DNA of 64,000 nucleotides from assembly GCA_964016885.1 (NCBI GenBank), contig OZ024752.1, forward strand, positions 48,112,001 to 48,176,000, written 5' to 3'. Source of the stretch: Eledone cirrhosa (taxonomy: Eukaryota). The translations under genes were made by a program, and so were the position numbers. The notes beneath the pieces are model-generated. The model searched no databases. It was not told the DNA's origin and worked only from the letters and a program-made list of their open reading frames with translations. Below, piece after piece: positions 39,176 through 54,148 of this stretch (position 1 is the first letter of the stretch; each line of letters opens with the position of its first letter).

Positions 39176-40029
39176 TTCATTTAAGTTTGGTGGTTCACCA
39201 CTGGATAGAACTGGTCATTCTGTATAATCAACCATGATGTAATATTAGGAAAAGTACTCGAAATTTACATAGTGTTTGCTGAAATAAATCTTTGAAGGAA
39301 TTTCACTAGTCCAGTCTCCTGTCATTTTACTGAATAATTAAACATACTCGGCGGCTGAGCTCTTGCTATTTCAACAGCTAATTCTAGATTAAAACAGGTA
39401 AAAATCAAAAAAATAATCCCTACCATAATTATCTGTGTGCAACTTTAAGTTATGTATCAAACACCAGATAAATAATGATAAAAAAAGGTTATATTACTAA
39501 ATCTTGAATATTAAAATAATTATGTATCTTTTATTAGAAATATGACAATAAAAGGGTTATTGAGTGCAATCTGTATTACAAAGTGGAACGATGCATAAGA
39601 GCAATGCATTACAATGGTTTTAGCAGGGTTTCATTCTGATTTGTACAAGTACACAGTCCAATATATTCAACACTGAGTTAGTGTGCCTGTAAAAGTGTGT
39701 AGGATTACTTAATTGCCTGCAAACTTTGATTGATTAACCAAACACCACAACTCTATATCAACCAACTGATTCTAAAATTAACTATCACAATGCTACACAT
39801 GCACATATGACCACACACAAAGCTACACAAACACACACAATGCTATACATGCACACACACAATGCTACACAAACACACAAACAATGCTACAAACACACAC
39901 ACCCCACAAACACAGAAACACATACACACACACAATGCTGCACACACACGATTCTACACACATACAATACTCCACACAAGCACATACACATATTAATGCT
40001 ACACACACACACAATAATCCACACAAACA

Positions 40030-40630
40030 TAGAAACATTGACCTCCTGGAAACTGCTCAGAGATGTGCAACCAAACGAATACCCTCCATCAGGCATCTAC
40101 TTTACTCTGAACACCTTGCGTCCCTGAGTATGGATACATTGAAGCTCCAATGTCTGGCAACTGACTTGGTAAACACCCACAAAATTATTAACCATCTTGC
40201 CAACAACAACCCTGAGCACCTTTTTGAATTCTATATGTCTAACACACGCGGGCATGCCAACAAAGTCAGAGAACAGTACAGCGTCCATGACTTTTGGAAG
40301 CATTTTTTCACGCTCAGAGTTGCTGAAGCATGGAACAAACTACCTGCATCAGTTGTTAGCTGTCGAGACACTGTTCCATGGAGGTTTTAAAGGATGCAAA
40401 CTACCTGCATCAGTTATTAGCTGCCAAGACACTGCATCCTTTAAAACCTCCATGGAACAAACTACCTGCATCAGTTGTTAACTGTCGAGACACTGCATCC
40501 TTTAAAACCTCCATGCTTCCTGAGATTCGCCAACACTACACTTGATATCCCCCCTCCATACATACGCACACATGTATATCATGACTCATACACTGTTTAC
40601 TTTCCTGACATTTGTCAATGCACCGCTTTA
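40030..40630 (+). pseudogene. CR1/L2-clade LINE 3' fragment (RT C-terminal domain and 3' UTR)
   Basis: IDLLETAQRCATKRIPSIRHLLYSEHL..DLVNTHKII..TRGHANK..FFTLRVAEAWNKLPASVV..SFK matches the CR1/L2 C-terminal motif series. Confidence 0.88.
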
Positions 40631-40632
40631 TT

Positions 40633-40826
40633 AATAATTGTTTCTACTTTAGGTACAAGGCCAGCAATTTCCCCAGTGCATTACTGGTACTTTATTTTAT
40701 CGACCCCGTAAGGATGATAGGCAAAGTTAACCTCGGCGGGATTTGAACTCAGAATGGCAAGGGCCGTAACTCTATGCATCAAAGCATGGCGTCCGACCCT
40801 CTACCGATACTGCCAATCCACCGCTT
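40633..40826 (-). mobile_element. SINE family B, full length
   Basis: Reverse complement of the 26901-27092 type. Confidence 0.88.
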
Positions 40827-41228
40827 CTTATTTAAACATTAATGCTACACACACACACACACATACAATGCTCCACACAAACATACACACTCCCAGAAAG
40901 TTTAGTACTGTTATAATCTAAGATAGACTAAGTGTTATTGTTAATCTTCATTATGGCATAATTCATTTTATACCAGTACACTGATAGAATGAGAGACGCA
41001 TTACTTTAATCTTATTTGTAACAGTTTTAATTTAATTTATTCAACTAACTTGAAGCAATCATATATATTTCTGGAGGCTTCTAATAAATAGTTTACATTC
41101 TATTATATTTAATGAATAGATATATTACATATAACATAATATCTTACCTGTTTATATATATTCACACACACCTGCTCACATACATTTATTTACTCAGGCT
41201 TTATCATACTACATTTATTTTATTTCTC

Positions 41229-41240
41229 TGTGTGTGTGTG

Positions 41241-41322
<82 letters not shown>

Positions 41323-41327
41323 TATAG

Positions 41328-41358
<31 letters not shown>

Positions 41359-41583
41359 CATATATACATATATATATATATACATATATACATTTATATA
41401 TATATATATACATATATACATATATATAGATATATACATATATACATATATACATTTATATATATATATACATATATCTATATACATATATACATATATA
41501 TATATACATACATATATACATATATATATATACAAACATATATACATATATATATATACATATATACATATATATATACATAT

Positions 41584-41655
<72 letters not shown>

Positions 41656-41656
41656 G
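41229..41656. repeat. (TA)n/(TACA)n microsatellite
   Basis: Direct reading. Confidence 0.95.
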
Positions 41657-41762
41657 TAAGTAATGAAGTTTCCGTTGAAAATTGAAAATGTCAAAGGAAT
41701 GAAGAGTGCTCTATGTAAGTTACAGAGCTAAATATTTAATGTATAATAAACAATACACTATA

Positions 41763-41838
41763 ATTACCTCATTACCAGGGGTTTCCTGAATAAGACGAAT
41801 ACAAGAAACGTCCGCATTCGTTCATCAGACAAGGCAAT
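41763..41838 (-). ncRNA. Type I hammerhead ribozyme in a (TA)n-flanked element (~41657-41860)
   Basis: attgccttgt-CTGATGA-acgaat..gacg..cgtc..attcag-GAA-A cc cct gg T-A-atgaggtaat; 10-bp stem I with G-U pairs; tail hairpin 41708-41728. Confidence 0.7.
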
Positions 41839-41872
41839 TTAAAACATAGTGAAATATTTATATATATTAATA

Positions 41873-42120
41873 TCATCATTTCATTTTACGTCCGCTTTTC
41901 CCTGCTTCGCAAGGGTGGGACGGGAACTGATTCTGGCTTGATTTCTACAGCTGGATGCCCTTCCTAACACCAACCTCATTTACAGTGAGTGCTGGGTGCT
42001 TTTTTGCCGTGGCACCTCCACAACCACTTTACAGTGGAATGATATGGACCGCAGTCCTATCATCTCATTTCTACAGCTGAGTAAACTGGAGCAATGTGAA
42101 ATAAAGTGTCTTGCTCAAGA
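41873..42120 (-). mobile_element. SINE family A lacking tRNA head
   Basis: Reverse complement of ~2040-2290. Confidence 0.88.
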
Positions 42121-42220
42121 CACTTATGTATATATATATATATATACATATATATGTATATATATATGTATATATATATATACATATACATATATGTATA
42201 TGTATATATATATATACATA

Positions 42221-42490
42221 CGGGTGATGTGTTGTTTCCTTGAGCAAGACACTTTATTTCACATTGCTCCAGTTTACTCGGCTGTAGAAATGAGATGATA
42301 GGGACTGGGGTCCCTATCATTCCACTGCAAAGTGGTCGTGGAGGTGCCACGGCAAAAAAAAAGCACCCAGCACTCACTGTAAATGAGGTTGGTGTTAGGA
42401 AGGGCATCCAGCTGTAGAAATCAAGCCAGAATCAGTTCCCGTCCCACCCTTGCAAGCAGGGAAAAAGCGGACGTTAAAAAGAAATGATGA
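42221..42490 (+). mobile_element. SINE family A lacking tRNA head
   Basis: Near-identical to 2020-2290. Confidence 0.88.
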
Positions 42491-42924
42491 TATATATATA
42501 TATACAGATATAAATTTGAGTATTTGTTGGTTGGTTACTGACACTTCAGTATGCGTGGTAGAGCACTCAACGAAGTGCGCAGGTGGGTCTGTTTACTCAA
42601 GAAGTGTATGTCAACAGGTTATAGATAGAAAGATAGATGCCTTCTCTCTCAATTCTCTTCTGACTTATTACCTTGGCAACCTAACCCACTTGCATTGAAA
42701 TGCTTTCTAAACACACACACACACTTTTCAGTTTTATATATAGATATTACAAAGTGAAACCTACAGTCAGTAGGCACCTCTCAACCAAATATACACCCCA
42801 ATCCACTACCCCTACCCTATCCTACCACTCCCACCAACACCACCCTCACTCTGTAAAGTTGGTACCACAACATCCAGTCCAAATAAATGAGATAATGAGA
42901 TCGAGATCGTGTAGGTGTCACGAC

Positions 42925-43168
42925 GAGAAAAAAAACACACAGCCCGCGCTGTAATGTGGCCGTGTAGGCAACACGGTAAAAAGCTCCCAGTCCTCACTGT
43001 AAATGTGGTTGGTGTTAGGAAGGGCATCCAGCCGTAGGAAACCTGCAAGATAGTCCTATATGAGCGAGACATGGTCACCCAACCAACCTTGCCTCAAGTT
43101 GGCACAACTCCCGTCTAACCCATACTAGCGTGGAAGATGGACGTTAAACGATGATGATGATGATGATA
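42925..43168 (+). mobile_element. SINE family A-related copy
   Basis: ggttggtgttaggaagggcatccagccgtag...ggaagatggacgttaaacg(atg)n. Confidence 0.78.
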
Positions 43169-43179
43169 TATATATATAT

Positions 43180-43313
43180 ATTAAAATAACAGATTAAACT
43201 TTAATCTGTATTTTTTAATAAATATTTGCTCTACGGTTCTTATATATTTGATATATATCTATCCTTATCGAGCCCTCTTTGGATTTTAGTCTTCAACTTT
43301 TTTATCATTACTA
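43180..43313 (+). mobile_element. H2 family short fold-back copy lacking the HHR
   Basis: ttaaaataacagattaaa/ctttaatctg hairpin followed by the H2 tail. Confidence 0.75.
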
Positions 43314-43367
43314 TATATATACTTGGAGAGAGAGTTACATTATATGTACTTATATATATATAGATAG

Positions 43368-43469
<102 letters not shown>

Positions 43470-43524
43470 ACATAATATGTACTTATATATATAGATAGAT
43501 ATGTGTGTATATTTATAATATATA

Positions 43525-43596
<72 letters not shown>

Positions 43597-44025
43597 TATA
43601 TATATATATAAACAATAGAGAGAGAAAGTACAAATAAGATATATGAAGGAAATTGATAAGAAAATAAAAAAATATATATATTTGAAAACAGATAGAAATG
43701 GACAAATAAAAATGCATAAGAGTGTAAAGATATATTGAATAAGAAATGTCATTGCTATCATATTAACTGTCTGTAGTAAATATTGAGGTAAAGAGAAATA
43801 ATGGCACTTAAGTATTATTGAAATATAGGAAGGGAGTGAATTGGTAGAATCATTAGGGGGGGGGGGGGGGGGGGGGGCTACATAGTTTGCTTTGCAATAT
43901 CTATTCAGGCTTTCTGTGTTCAAATCCCACCAAGGCCATTTCTGACTTTTGTCCTTTCAGGAGTCTATCAATGAAGAACCAATCATGTACTGTGGTCAAT
44001 TTCTTTCTCTTTATCTCTCTCCCTT

Positions 44026-44323
44026 TCACACACACACACACACACTCTCTCTCCCACACACACACATACACACACACTCTCTCTCTCTCACACACACTCT
44101 CTCTCTCCCTCTCACACACACTCTCTCACACACACACATACACACACACTCTCTCTCTCTCTCCCACACACACACACTCTCTCTCTCTCACACACACATA
44201 CACACACTCTCTCACACACACACTCTCTCACACACACACACAATCTCTCTCGCTCACACATACACTCACTCTCGCTCACACATACACTCACTCACACACA
44301 CACTCTCTCTCTCTCACACACAA

Positions 44324-44354
<31 letters not shown>

Positions 44355-44474
44355 CACACACACAATCTCTCTCTCTCACACACACACATACACACACACT
44401 CTCTCTCTCTCTCTCTCCCACACACACACACTCTCTCTCTCACACACACATACACACAATCTCTCTCACACACA

Positions 44475-44521
<47 letters not shown>

Positions 44522-44579
44522 TCTCTCTCTCACACATACACTCACTCACACACACACTCTCTCTCTCTCTCACACACAA

Positions 44580-44610
<31 letters not shown>

Positions 44611-44616
44611 CCCTCT
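44026..44616. repeat. (CA)n/(CT)n compound microsatellite
   Basis: Direct reading. Confidence 0.95.
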
Positions 44617-47600
44617 CAGCTATGAGGAAGGGCCAAGAAAGAAATGTAAATAACACTGTATCAGTTACTGCAAAGAAAAAAACATATCACTTTTAAATTA
44701 TGTAAAAATATTTAGATACACTGTTTTGTATATAACTTGTCTTGCTTTATATTTAACATTATTTTTCTGTTTTTCTGTTTAAGGTTAAGAAAGGTGTGGT
44801 TTAATGAACTAAGACGATAAAATAGTCCGTAATACTAGAAAACCCCAAGGTGATATAAGATGAAAGGTTAGTAGGGTAAGTTGATGGAGTGAAAGATCAT
44901 GATGAGGTGAGGTGAGGTGCGGTGAGGTGGGGTGGGATGGGGTTGTGTTGGAAGAGAAGTAGAAAAATAATTAGAGAGGAGCTGAAGTGCGAAGAATTAA
45001 AATCACATCATCTGAGTAGATAGATAATGGATTGGGTTGGGGGGGTGTGGGTAGAACCTTTAGTAATGAGATTTGGATGTTAGTTAAGTGATGAACCAGA
45101 CCACTAGTAACAAAAGGAAGAGATGAGATATGATAAAATGCTCAAAGGAAAAGGAATGGAGAAAAGAAAGAAATGAAAAGCATATTGGGAATCATACTAG
45201 TTGTGTGACTGACTGAATAGTAGTCACAATACTATGAATTGAATGGATCGGTTAAAGAGCAGGAATCATAATTGCACAGAAAAGTCTAACACGAAGATGA
45301 ATGCCAATTATCATTTGTGAGACTTCAGGCTATGGTCAGACAACTCTTCTTTAATATTTCTAATGCCTGCTTTATTCTATCTACTCAAGCTCATTTGTGA
45401 GAGAGAACTAAATAAGAAGTATAAGAATGGACTACTTTAGCCATTTGGGAGTGGGCGTTATCTATCATCTATTACATGTATTCTCCGTTGCCGTCGCTGA
45501 TAACAATAATACTAACTCACTTAATCTCTTTTGTCAATGGTGAAATCACACAATTTAAAACAGAAGCCTTGTGATAGCAGTGGTGGGCATAGAGTTGCTG
45601 TTGGTGCTCTTTAGCAGTTAACCTGATGTTCACAGAGACAACAGCATAATTATCATTACAGTTAATGTGTTTTATACAAATTTCTTTCTTATTATACATG
45701 TAGAGAAGAAATTCCCAGTCTTTTCCATACCAAGGAACCCCTTATCTTCAACTGAATTTCTTCACACAATTACAAAGGAGAAGTGTTTATATTTATAGAT
45801 AAATATTATGCTTTAACAAAGTGCATGCAAATTTAAACTTAGCACATGAACACCAAATACTTCTTTTGCAGGCTCCACATTAGGAACTGCTGATTTACAG
45901 TGTGGTGGGTGAGAGAGACAGACAGGCAGACAGATCTACAGTGTCACTCAGAAAACAACTGTGGAAATATTAATTTACTAATAGCTTAACAATGTCACTC
46001 ACAAGAGAATATTTTTTTTTATGTTAGACATGCCTTGTTTAAGTTCAAAACAAAACAAATAGAAAACTGTTATGTTCTCATAAACTTAGCATTTCTCATA
46101 GAAAGAGAGAAAAGATCTTAGACGAAAGAAAGAAAAGGATTTGTATTGATAATTTAATGAGAGTAGATTTAGAATAGAGAACATTACCTTATTACATCAT
46201 TTTTATATGCATGTTAAGTTCTAAAGGGTTCATTTCCTTCCCTAAAACTGATAAACTCTATTCACATGGCATAAAAAAGGGGATGAACCAGGGACCTCTG
46301 TCACTTAATTTCAAATTAATTGATGGCATGTTATATGTGGCAGTAAAAGAAACATGTTGTTGATGATGACAATATATCCTCTTGTTCATGTGATGCAATA
46401 TTACAGACAGAAAATGATATTTTAATAAACAATTCAACAGCAAACAGCAATGATACATATCTGATTTAGTATTACTTTTATATTATAACAGGCATAAAAG
46501 GGGTAAATATATCTGCATGATATTTCTGACATACAGTTAGTTCTATAACGAGAAGTTAATAGCAGCTATACCATTAAACCTCTCTGTCTGTCTGTGTCTC
46601 TCTCGTGAAGGAAAATATAAATATGTTTGCTTAAAAAAAAAAACAATTGTTTTACGCTCCATAAAGTGAGGCACTGTCAACCACACTACAGAGGAGTGGA
46701 GCATGATTAAATACTAGTCGTTAATGGGCAGGTGTATTCCCATAACTGTTTGTTTATGTTTCAACACAATCAGATCAACAATGTACCAGAAGTGCAAATA
46801 TAAATATTGGGTTTGATAATATCAGGTAAATTCCTTCAAGGTGCTGTCACAGCATGGCCATAGTCTAATAACTGAAACTAGTAAAAAAAAATTCAAAATA
46901 AAACATTTCAAAGGGAACTTTACTATCCAGTAAAACTATGAGGTTTATCAAGAACGGAAAAACAAAACAACAAAGAATAAATTAAAAAAAAAACACTTTC
47001 TTTGTAGCCATACTATAATTAACCGAATAAAGGGTTGGGCTTGCAGAAAAAAATCCAGGTGATAAAACCACAATTACTGTTATGCATTCATTGTACTCAT
47101 GAATGGGTTTTATACCATCCAAACCTCCGCCAATGCATTAACCCTTCATAAACTTGACCCTTTGATATCAAACTGCCTGAAACTGTGCATGATTCCATGA
47201 TACAATACTGTTTGTTTTAAAATGTATATCTAAAAGGCGTCCATTATAATTTTATGTAAGAAGCTTTCTTAACCATTTCATTGCCATATTTCTAATTTGA
47301 ATTAATTAATCAAAATTTAGATGGATTTACTACAATTATTAATTATTTCATTATTAAGATGACATTTGTAACCTAATATAACAAAAGTTTTCTCTTTATA
47401 TTAAAATATGTTGGAACACTTTAATTTAGAGAGGAACCCTTTAATATGAATGGTTTTGTTTCATAAAACCAAAAACAGTTGCAGACAGGTTGGTATCAAA
47501 GCTTAAAACTGAGAAAGAAATGATTACAACAGTGACATAAACAGGTACTTAAGTTTCATTGGGTTCTGGACCCCAACTCATTCAGCATGTCATAAGAAAA

Positions 47601-47682
47601 TAAAGATGACCGCCTAGGGTTGATTGTGCATACGGTATTTCAGAGGACTTTTCTTTGATGCTTTAATGATAGAAGCCTCAGC

Positions 47683-47880
47683 AGGGTGGTGAATTGACAG
47701 TATCGGTAGAGGGTCAGACACCATGCTTTGACTCATAGAGTTATACCCCTTGCCATTCTGAGTTCAAATCCCGTCGAGGTTAAACTTTGCCTTTCATCCT
47801 TACGTGGGTCGATAAAAAAAATAGTACCATTAATACACTGGGTAATTGCTGGCCTTGTGCCAAAAGTAGAAACAATTATT
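47683..47880 (+). mobile_element. SINE family B
   Basis: Full match to the family including the B box and tail. Confidence 0.85.
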
Positions 47881-48444
47881 AAATTATGCCAAATTCATTT
47901 TACAGCTGGATGCCGTTCCTAACACCAACCACATTTACAGTGTGGAACTGGATGGCTCCATTATGAGGAAGGGCAGTAATATATATGATATAAAATCTAC
48001 GTGGACCATAGGCAAAATTAAAATCAAATCAAGAGTGAGCCATTTTGGAAGAAAGGTTACTGATCTGATACCTGCCATAGACTATATGTGTTCTCTAATA
48101 ACAAGATTGATTTCATATCATACCTTACCACATCTATATAACCTAGTCTCAGATCATGAAAACCTGTCCTACATCTGCCATCATGGAAAGCAGACATTCA
48201 ATGATGAGGATGATCTACATGATTGTCCATTACACTAACAATAACAATAACAGCAACATGCATTTCTTCTCCTTCTCTATTATATTGTACAAAAATATAG
48301 AGGACACAGCAATTATGATGAAGATAACAGAGAAACAATATCATTCATTGTAATTCCCACATCCTTCTCTAACACTTCCTCATATCATTACTTATTTTGC
48401 CATTATTACATTGAGACAGGACCACCATCATCTTTGCCACTATT

Positions 48445-49535
48445 AAACCACACCAATGGATATACCACCATCATCACCATCACCACCACCACCAAACCAC
48501 ACCAATGGATATGTCACCACCACCACCACCACCAAACCACACCAATGGATATACCACCATCATCACCATCACCACCACCACCAAACCACACCAATGGATA
48601 TGTCACCACCACCACCACCACCAAACCACACCAATGGATATACCACCACCATCACCATCACCACCACCACCAAACCACACCAATGGATATGTCACCACCA
48701 CCACCACCACCAAACCACACCAATGGATATACCACCACCATCACCATCACCACCACCACCAAACCCCACCAATGGATATACCACCATCACCACCACCACC
48801 ATCACCACCAAACCCCACCAATGGATATACCACCATCACCACCACCACCACCACCACCAAACCACACCAATGGATATACCACCACCATCACCACCACCAT
48901 CAAACCCCACCAATGGATATACCACCATCACCACCACCACCATCACCACCAAACCCCACCAATGGATATACCACCATCACCACCACCACCATCACCACCA
49001 AACCCCACCAATGGATATACCACCACCATCACCACCACCATCAAACCCCACCAATGGATATACCACCATCATCACCACCACCACCACCAAACCCCACCAA
49101 TGGATATACCACCATCATCACCACCAACACCACCACCACCAAACCACACCAATGGTAACACCACCACCAAACCACACCAATGGTAACACCACCATCACCT
49201 CCACCAAACCACACCAATGGTAACACCACCATCACCACCACCAAACCACACCAATGGTAACACCACCATCCCCACCACCAAACCACACCAATGGTAACAC
49301 CACCATCACCTCCACCAAACCACACCAATGGTTACACCACCATCACCACCACCAAACCACACCAATGGTAACACCACCATCACCTCCACCAAACCACACC
49401 AATGGTAACACCACCATCACCTCCACCAAACCACACCAATGGTAACACCACCATCACCACACCAATGGTAACACCACCATCACCACCACCAAACCACACC
49501 AATGGTAACACCACCATCCCCACCACCACCACCAA
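48445..49535. repeat. CCA-based minisatellite (ccaaaccacaccaatggatata / ...ggtaaca units)
   Basis: Variable ~34-50-bp units switch to ~33-bp ggtaac units near 49140. Confidence 0.93.
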
Positions 49536-49727
49536 CCAACAAATAAATAAGTAAATAAAATAAAATGATTTCCACCACCAATATCACACCTTCTCTACAA
49601 CCACACAAACACCCACTGCACCCCAAACAATCAGCTTTCCTTTAAAAAAAGAAATGAAGAAAAAAAGAAAACCTTTCCTTTCTTCTTTACTTTGTATTCA
49701 TCTATTTGTTTGATTTTGATTTTGTTT

Positions 49728-49761
<34 letters not shown>

Positions 49762-50334
49762 CTTTCGTTATTAACCACAAGGGTTGACATAAAGTATAAC
49801 ATTAAGGACAGCACAGGATGGTACAGGACGGTACAAATGGACATTTCTGTATGTAAAAAAAAAAAAAAAAAAAATTACATATATAAAAAAAAAACCCCAA
49901 AAACCAAGGATGTAACAAAACAATAAAAACAATGATAATAATAATATTTTTTATCATTATTATTATTATTATTATTACATATTTTTTGTATCCCATATGG
50001 TTAAAGATAGCTTCGAAATAAAGAAAGAGGTTGAGAGAGAGAGAAAAAGAGGTTGAGAGAGAGAGAGAGTAAAAAAAAAAGGATATATAAGTGATAGAGA
50101 AGAGAATAGGACAGGACAGGGTGTTTGCTGTGTGACATGTCACCAATGGACAGTGCTGTAAACAGTGGCAGCTGACTCACATCTTACGGGGAGCCACTTT
50201 CAATTGGGAAACAATAATACAAATGAGATAATCTGACAAGATTTTATTAAGCTGGCTGGCCTGATGACATCTTTGGAGGCAAGGAACATGCTGAAGAAAC
50301 ACAGTAAGACAAGACAGACAGACCTTGGATATAC

Positions 50335-50376
<42 letters not shown>

Positions 50377-50765
50377 ATATATACTTGGGTTTAGGGTGGA
50401 AGTAAAGACAAAGAGATACATGACAAAAGTGGGAGAAAAAAGAGAGAGAGAGAAAATATATAAAGAGAAATAAAGACCAAACTTCAGAAAAGGAAGGAGA
50501 GAGAGAGAGATTGAGAGTGAAAGAGAGAGAGTGAGAGAGAGAGAGAGATTGAGAGTGAAAGAGAGAGAGTGAGAGTGAGAGAGAGAGAGAGAAGATGGAT
50601 GTAAGTTCGAAAGGAAGGAAAATATGATGTCTCTGTAAGAAAATATCGAAGAGCCAAATAAAATAAAATAAATGATATAAATAAAAACAGATAAATAAAA
50701 CAAACATAAATGTATATACATATACATAGATATATGTGTGTGTGGGTGTGTGTGTGTGTATATGA

Positions 50766-50843
<78 letters not shown>

Positions 50844-51607
50844 ATGAATATATATATATATTTATATTTATATATAAATAGACAAATATATATATTTATA
50901 TATATATATAAAAAACAAATATATATAGTTATATATATATATATAAAAAAACAAATATATATATTTATATATATAAAAAAACAAATATATATATTTATAT
51001 ATATATATAAATAAACAAATATATATATTTATATATATATATAAATAAACAAATATATATATTTATATATATATATAAATAAACAAATATATATATTTAT
51101 ATATATAAATAAAAAAAACAAATATATATATATGAATAAATAAATATATTATATAAAATAAGATTAAAACAAAATAAATCCTAAAAAATATCCCTACAAA
51201 TATTACTAGAAAAAAAATAGGAGAAATTTAAAAGGCGGTGGCAACAGTAAAAGAGAAGATAGGAAATAATTGTGAAAAAATTATCACCATAGAAGAGAGA
51301 AATTATGTAAGAGACTAGGTCTGGAGCAGAACGTGGGGGTGGCAGGGAATATGGTGGGCAAGGAGGAGCGAGCTAAGGGACAGTGGTGGTGGTAGGGTGA
51401 GGAGGTGGTGGTCGTGGTGATAGGGTGAGGAGGTGGTGGTGGTGGTGGCGGTAGGGCGAGGTGGTGGCAAGGAAAGAAGGATAATAATAATAATAATAAT
51501 AATAATAAAGCTGTCAGCAATTGACAAAGAAGAATAAGGTGTAAAATGTGAGAGAGTGCATAAGATGAAGTTTGAGGAAAGATGAGAGATGGAGAGAGAA
51601 GGGAGTA

Positions 51608-51708
<101 letters not shown>

Positions 51709-52520
51709 GAGAAAGAAAGGGGTAGAGAGAGAAAGAAGATGGAGAGGGAGGGAGAGACTACAAATCAACAAAGGAATAGTTTAGAGAGTAAAGTATAAGG
51801 TTGGGGGAGGGGGGCAAAAGAGAGAGAGAGAGTAAGAAAGAAAAGTGGTAGGTAAAAAGTAGGAGAGCAAGAGAGAGAGAGAGTAGCAAGAGAGAAAGAG
51901 AAAGACAAGTAAGAGGTGAAGAGAGAAAGAGAGAGACTTTGAACTGGGGTGACACAAAATAAGTAATAAGTGTGAATTAATTGTACTAATTAAGTGAAAA
52001 GTAACAGTGAAAATATTGAGGTGGAGTTTGAAGGTGGTGTGGGGGATTGAGGAATCATGTTGATGACAATGGAAGTGGGGGTTGATAGAAGGAGAAGGAG
52101 GAAGTGTAATGTAGGAGGGGCAGCCAGAGGAGTAGGAGGGAGAAAAAAAAGTAAAATGGAAAAACTGGAATAGATAAATAAGACAAAATATAAGAAAGAA
52201 GACAAAAGAATGGGAAAAAAAAAATGAATAATGAAAGAAAATATTCGGAACAAATAGACAAAATGAAACATTAACAAGAATAGAAAAATGGAGTTGTGAC
52301 AGAAACTGGGGAAAATATGGTAAAAGTGAAGAAAATGACAAATATATAACTATATAAAAAAAATAAATATGCCACACTTGCACACATACATATATACGTA
52401 TATATATATATATATATGTGTGTGTGTATACATATATACATATATATGTGTGTGTGTATGCATATATATATATATACATATATATGTACATGTACATACA
52501 TATGTATATATGTATACATA

Positions 52521-52560
<40 letters not shown>

Positions 52561-52561
52561 C

Positions 52562-52596
<35 letters not shown>

Positions 52597-52722
52597 AATA
52601 TTCATTTTTGAATTTGTTTTGCGAGATTGGCAACATTACCCTCCCAAAGTATAACTTTATGCAAATATATTTATATATACACACATATATATATATATAT
52701 ATAATGATGATGATGATGATGA

Positions 52723-52779
<57 letters not shown>

Positions 52780-52804
52780 TATGTATATATATATATATAT
52801 ATAT

Positions 52805-53085
52805 ATTTATTAAAATAACAGATTAAAGTTTAAGCAAAGAATCGCTGCTTTCACCCTTAACGGGATCTCCTGAAACTAGAAAAATCAATCTGTGAACGCA
52901 GAAGTAAATATTTCGAAAAACATTACAACCGAAGGAAGATAGGAAGACAATACTTTGGTTCGTGGAGACGTGCCTGGCAAAGAACGGAAAAAAACAAAGG
53001 CTCTAGGGTTCTTATATATTTGATATATATTTATCCTTATCGAGCCCTCTTTGGATTTTAGTCTTCTAATTTATTATTATTACTA
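52805..53085 (+). mobile_element. H2 family copy (inverted HHR arm with CAGGAGA core, plus tail)
   Basis: Matches 24694-24770 and 24964-25047. Confidence 0.78.
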
Positions 53086-53088
53086 TAT

Positions 53089-53273
53089 GGATTGGCAGAA
53101 TCGGTAGAGGGTCGGACGCCATGCTTTGACGCATAGAGTTACGGCCCTTGCCATTCTGAGTTCAAATCCCGCCGAGGTTAACTTTGCCTTTCATCCTTAT
53201 GGGGTCGATAAAATAAAGTACCAGTAATGCGCTGGGTAATTGCTGGCCTTGTGCCAAAAAGTAGAAACAATTA
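53089..53273 (+). mobile_element. SINE family B
   Basis: Young-looking, near-consensus copy. Confidence 0.88.
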
Positions 53274-53639
53274 CTATATATATATATATATATACAAATA
53301 TATTTATATATATATACATATATACATATATACATGATGATGTATATGATGATGATGATGATACATATACAAATATATTTATATATATATATATATACGC
53401 ACACACACAAGCTCATAAGCATAAACATAAATAAATCATCATCATTCTCATTTTACATCTGTTTTCCATGTTGGCATGGGTTGAATAAGTCAGAGATTAC
53501 ATGGGTTGGAGAAACCTCATCTTGCTAATATGTCTCAAATTTGACACAGTTTCTCCGGCTGGGTGCTCTTCCGATTAGCAGCTATATTACAGGCCAACCA
53601 CCTTGCAGCAAAATACTATAATGTGAACAGATGAATAAG

Positions 53640-53855
53640 AATAATTGTCTCTGATTTAGGCACAAGGCCAACAATTTGGGGAGAAGGGGAAAGTCGATTG
53701 ACTTGACCTCAGTGCATTACTGGTACTTTATTCTATTGACCTTGTGAGGATGAAAGGCAAAGCTAACTTAACTGCGACAGGATTTGAATTCAGAACACAA
53801 GCTCTAACTATATGCCACAAAACCTGGTGTCCAATACTCTACCGATTCTACCATT
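53640..53855 (-). mobile_element. SINE family B (long-tail variant)
   Basis: Similar to 7458-7657. Confidence 0.75.
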
Positions 53856-53961
53856 CTACAACCCTAAGATGAATAAGAATAATTGTTTCTACTTTTGGCA
53901 CAAAAGAATAATAATACTAATATATATATACACACACACATATATATATATGTGTGTGTAT

Positions 53962-54148
53962 AATACAGCAATGGCTTCTACAGGACTAGAACTGTTTCAT
54001 TCAAAGGAAATCATCAGAGAAAGTGTTTTTCAAATGAAACAGTTCTAGTCCTGTAGAAGCCATTTCTATATTAAATTTTGTTGTATACACTCTACTAATG
54101 TATTGAGTACCTTACTTATTGTGGTTACCCCCGATTGAACCAGGGACT

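Noticed and set aside
48434-49445. His/Pro/Thr-rich repeat protein
   Set aside because: All three frames cycle through the same peptides, as expected for a minisatellite.
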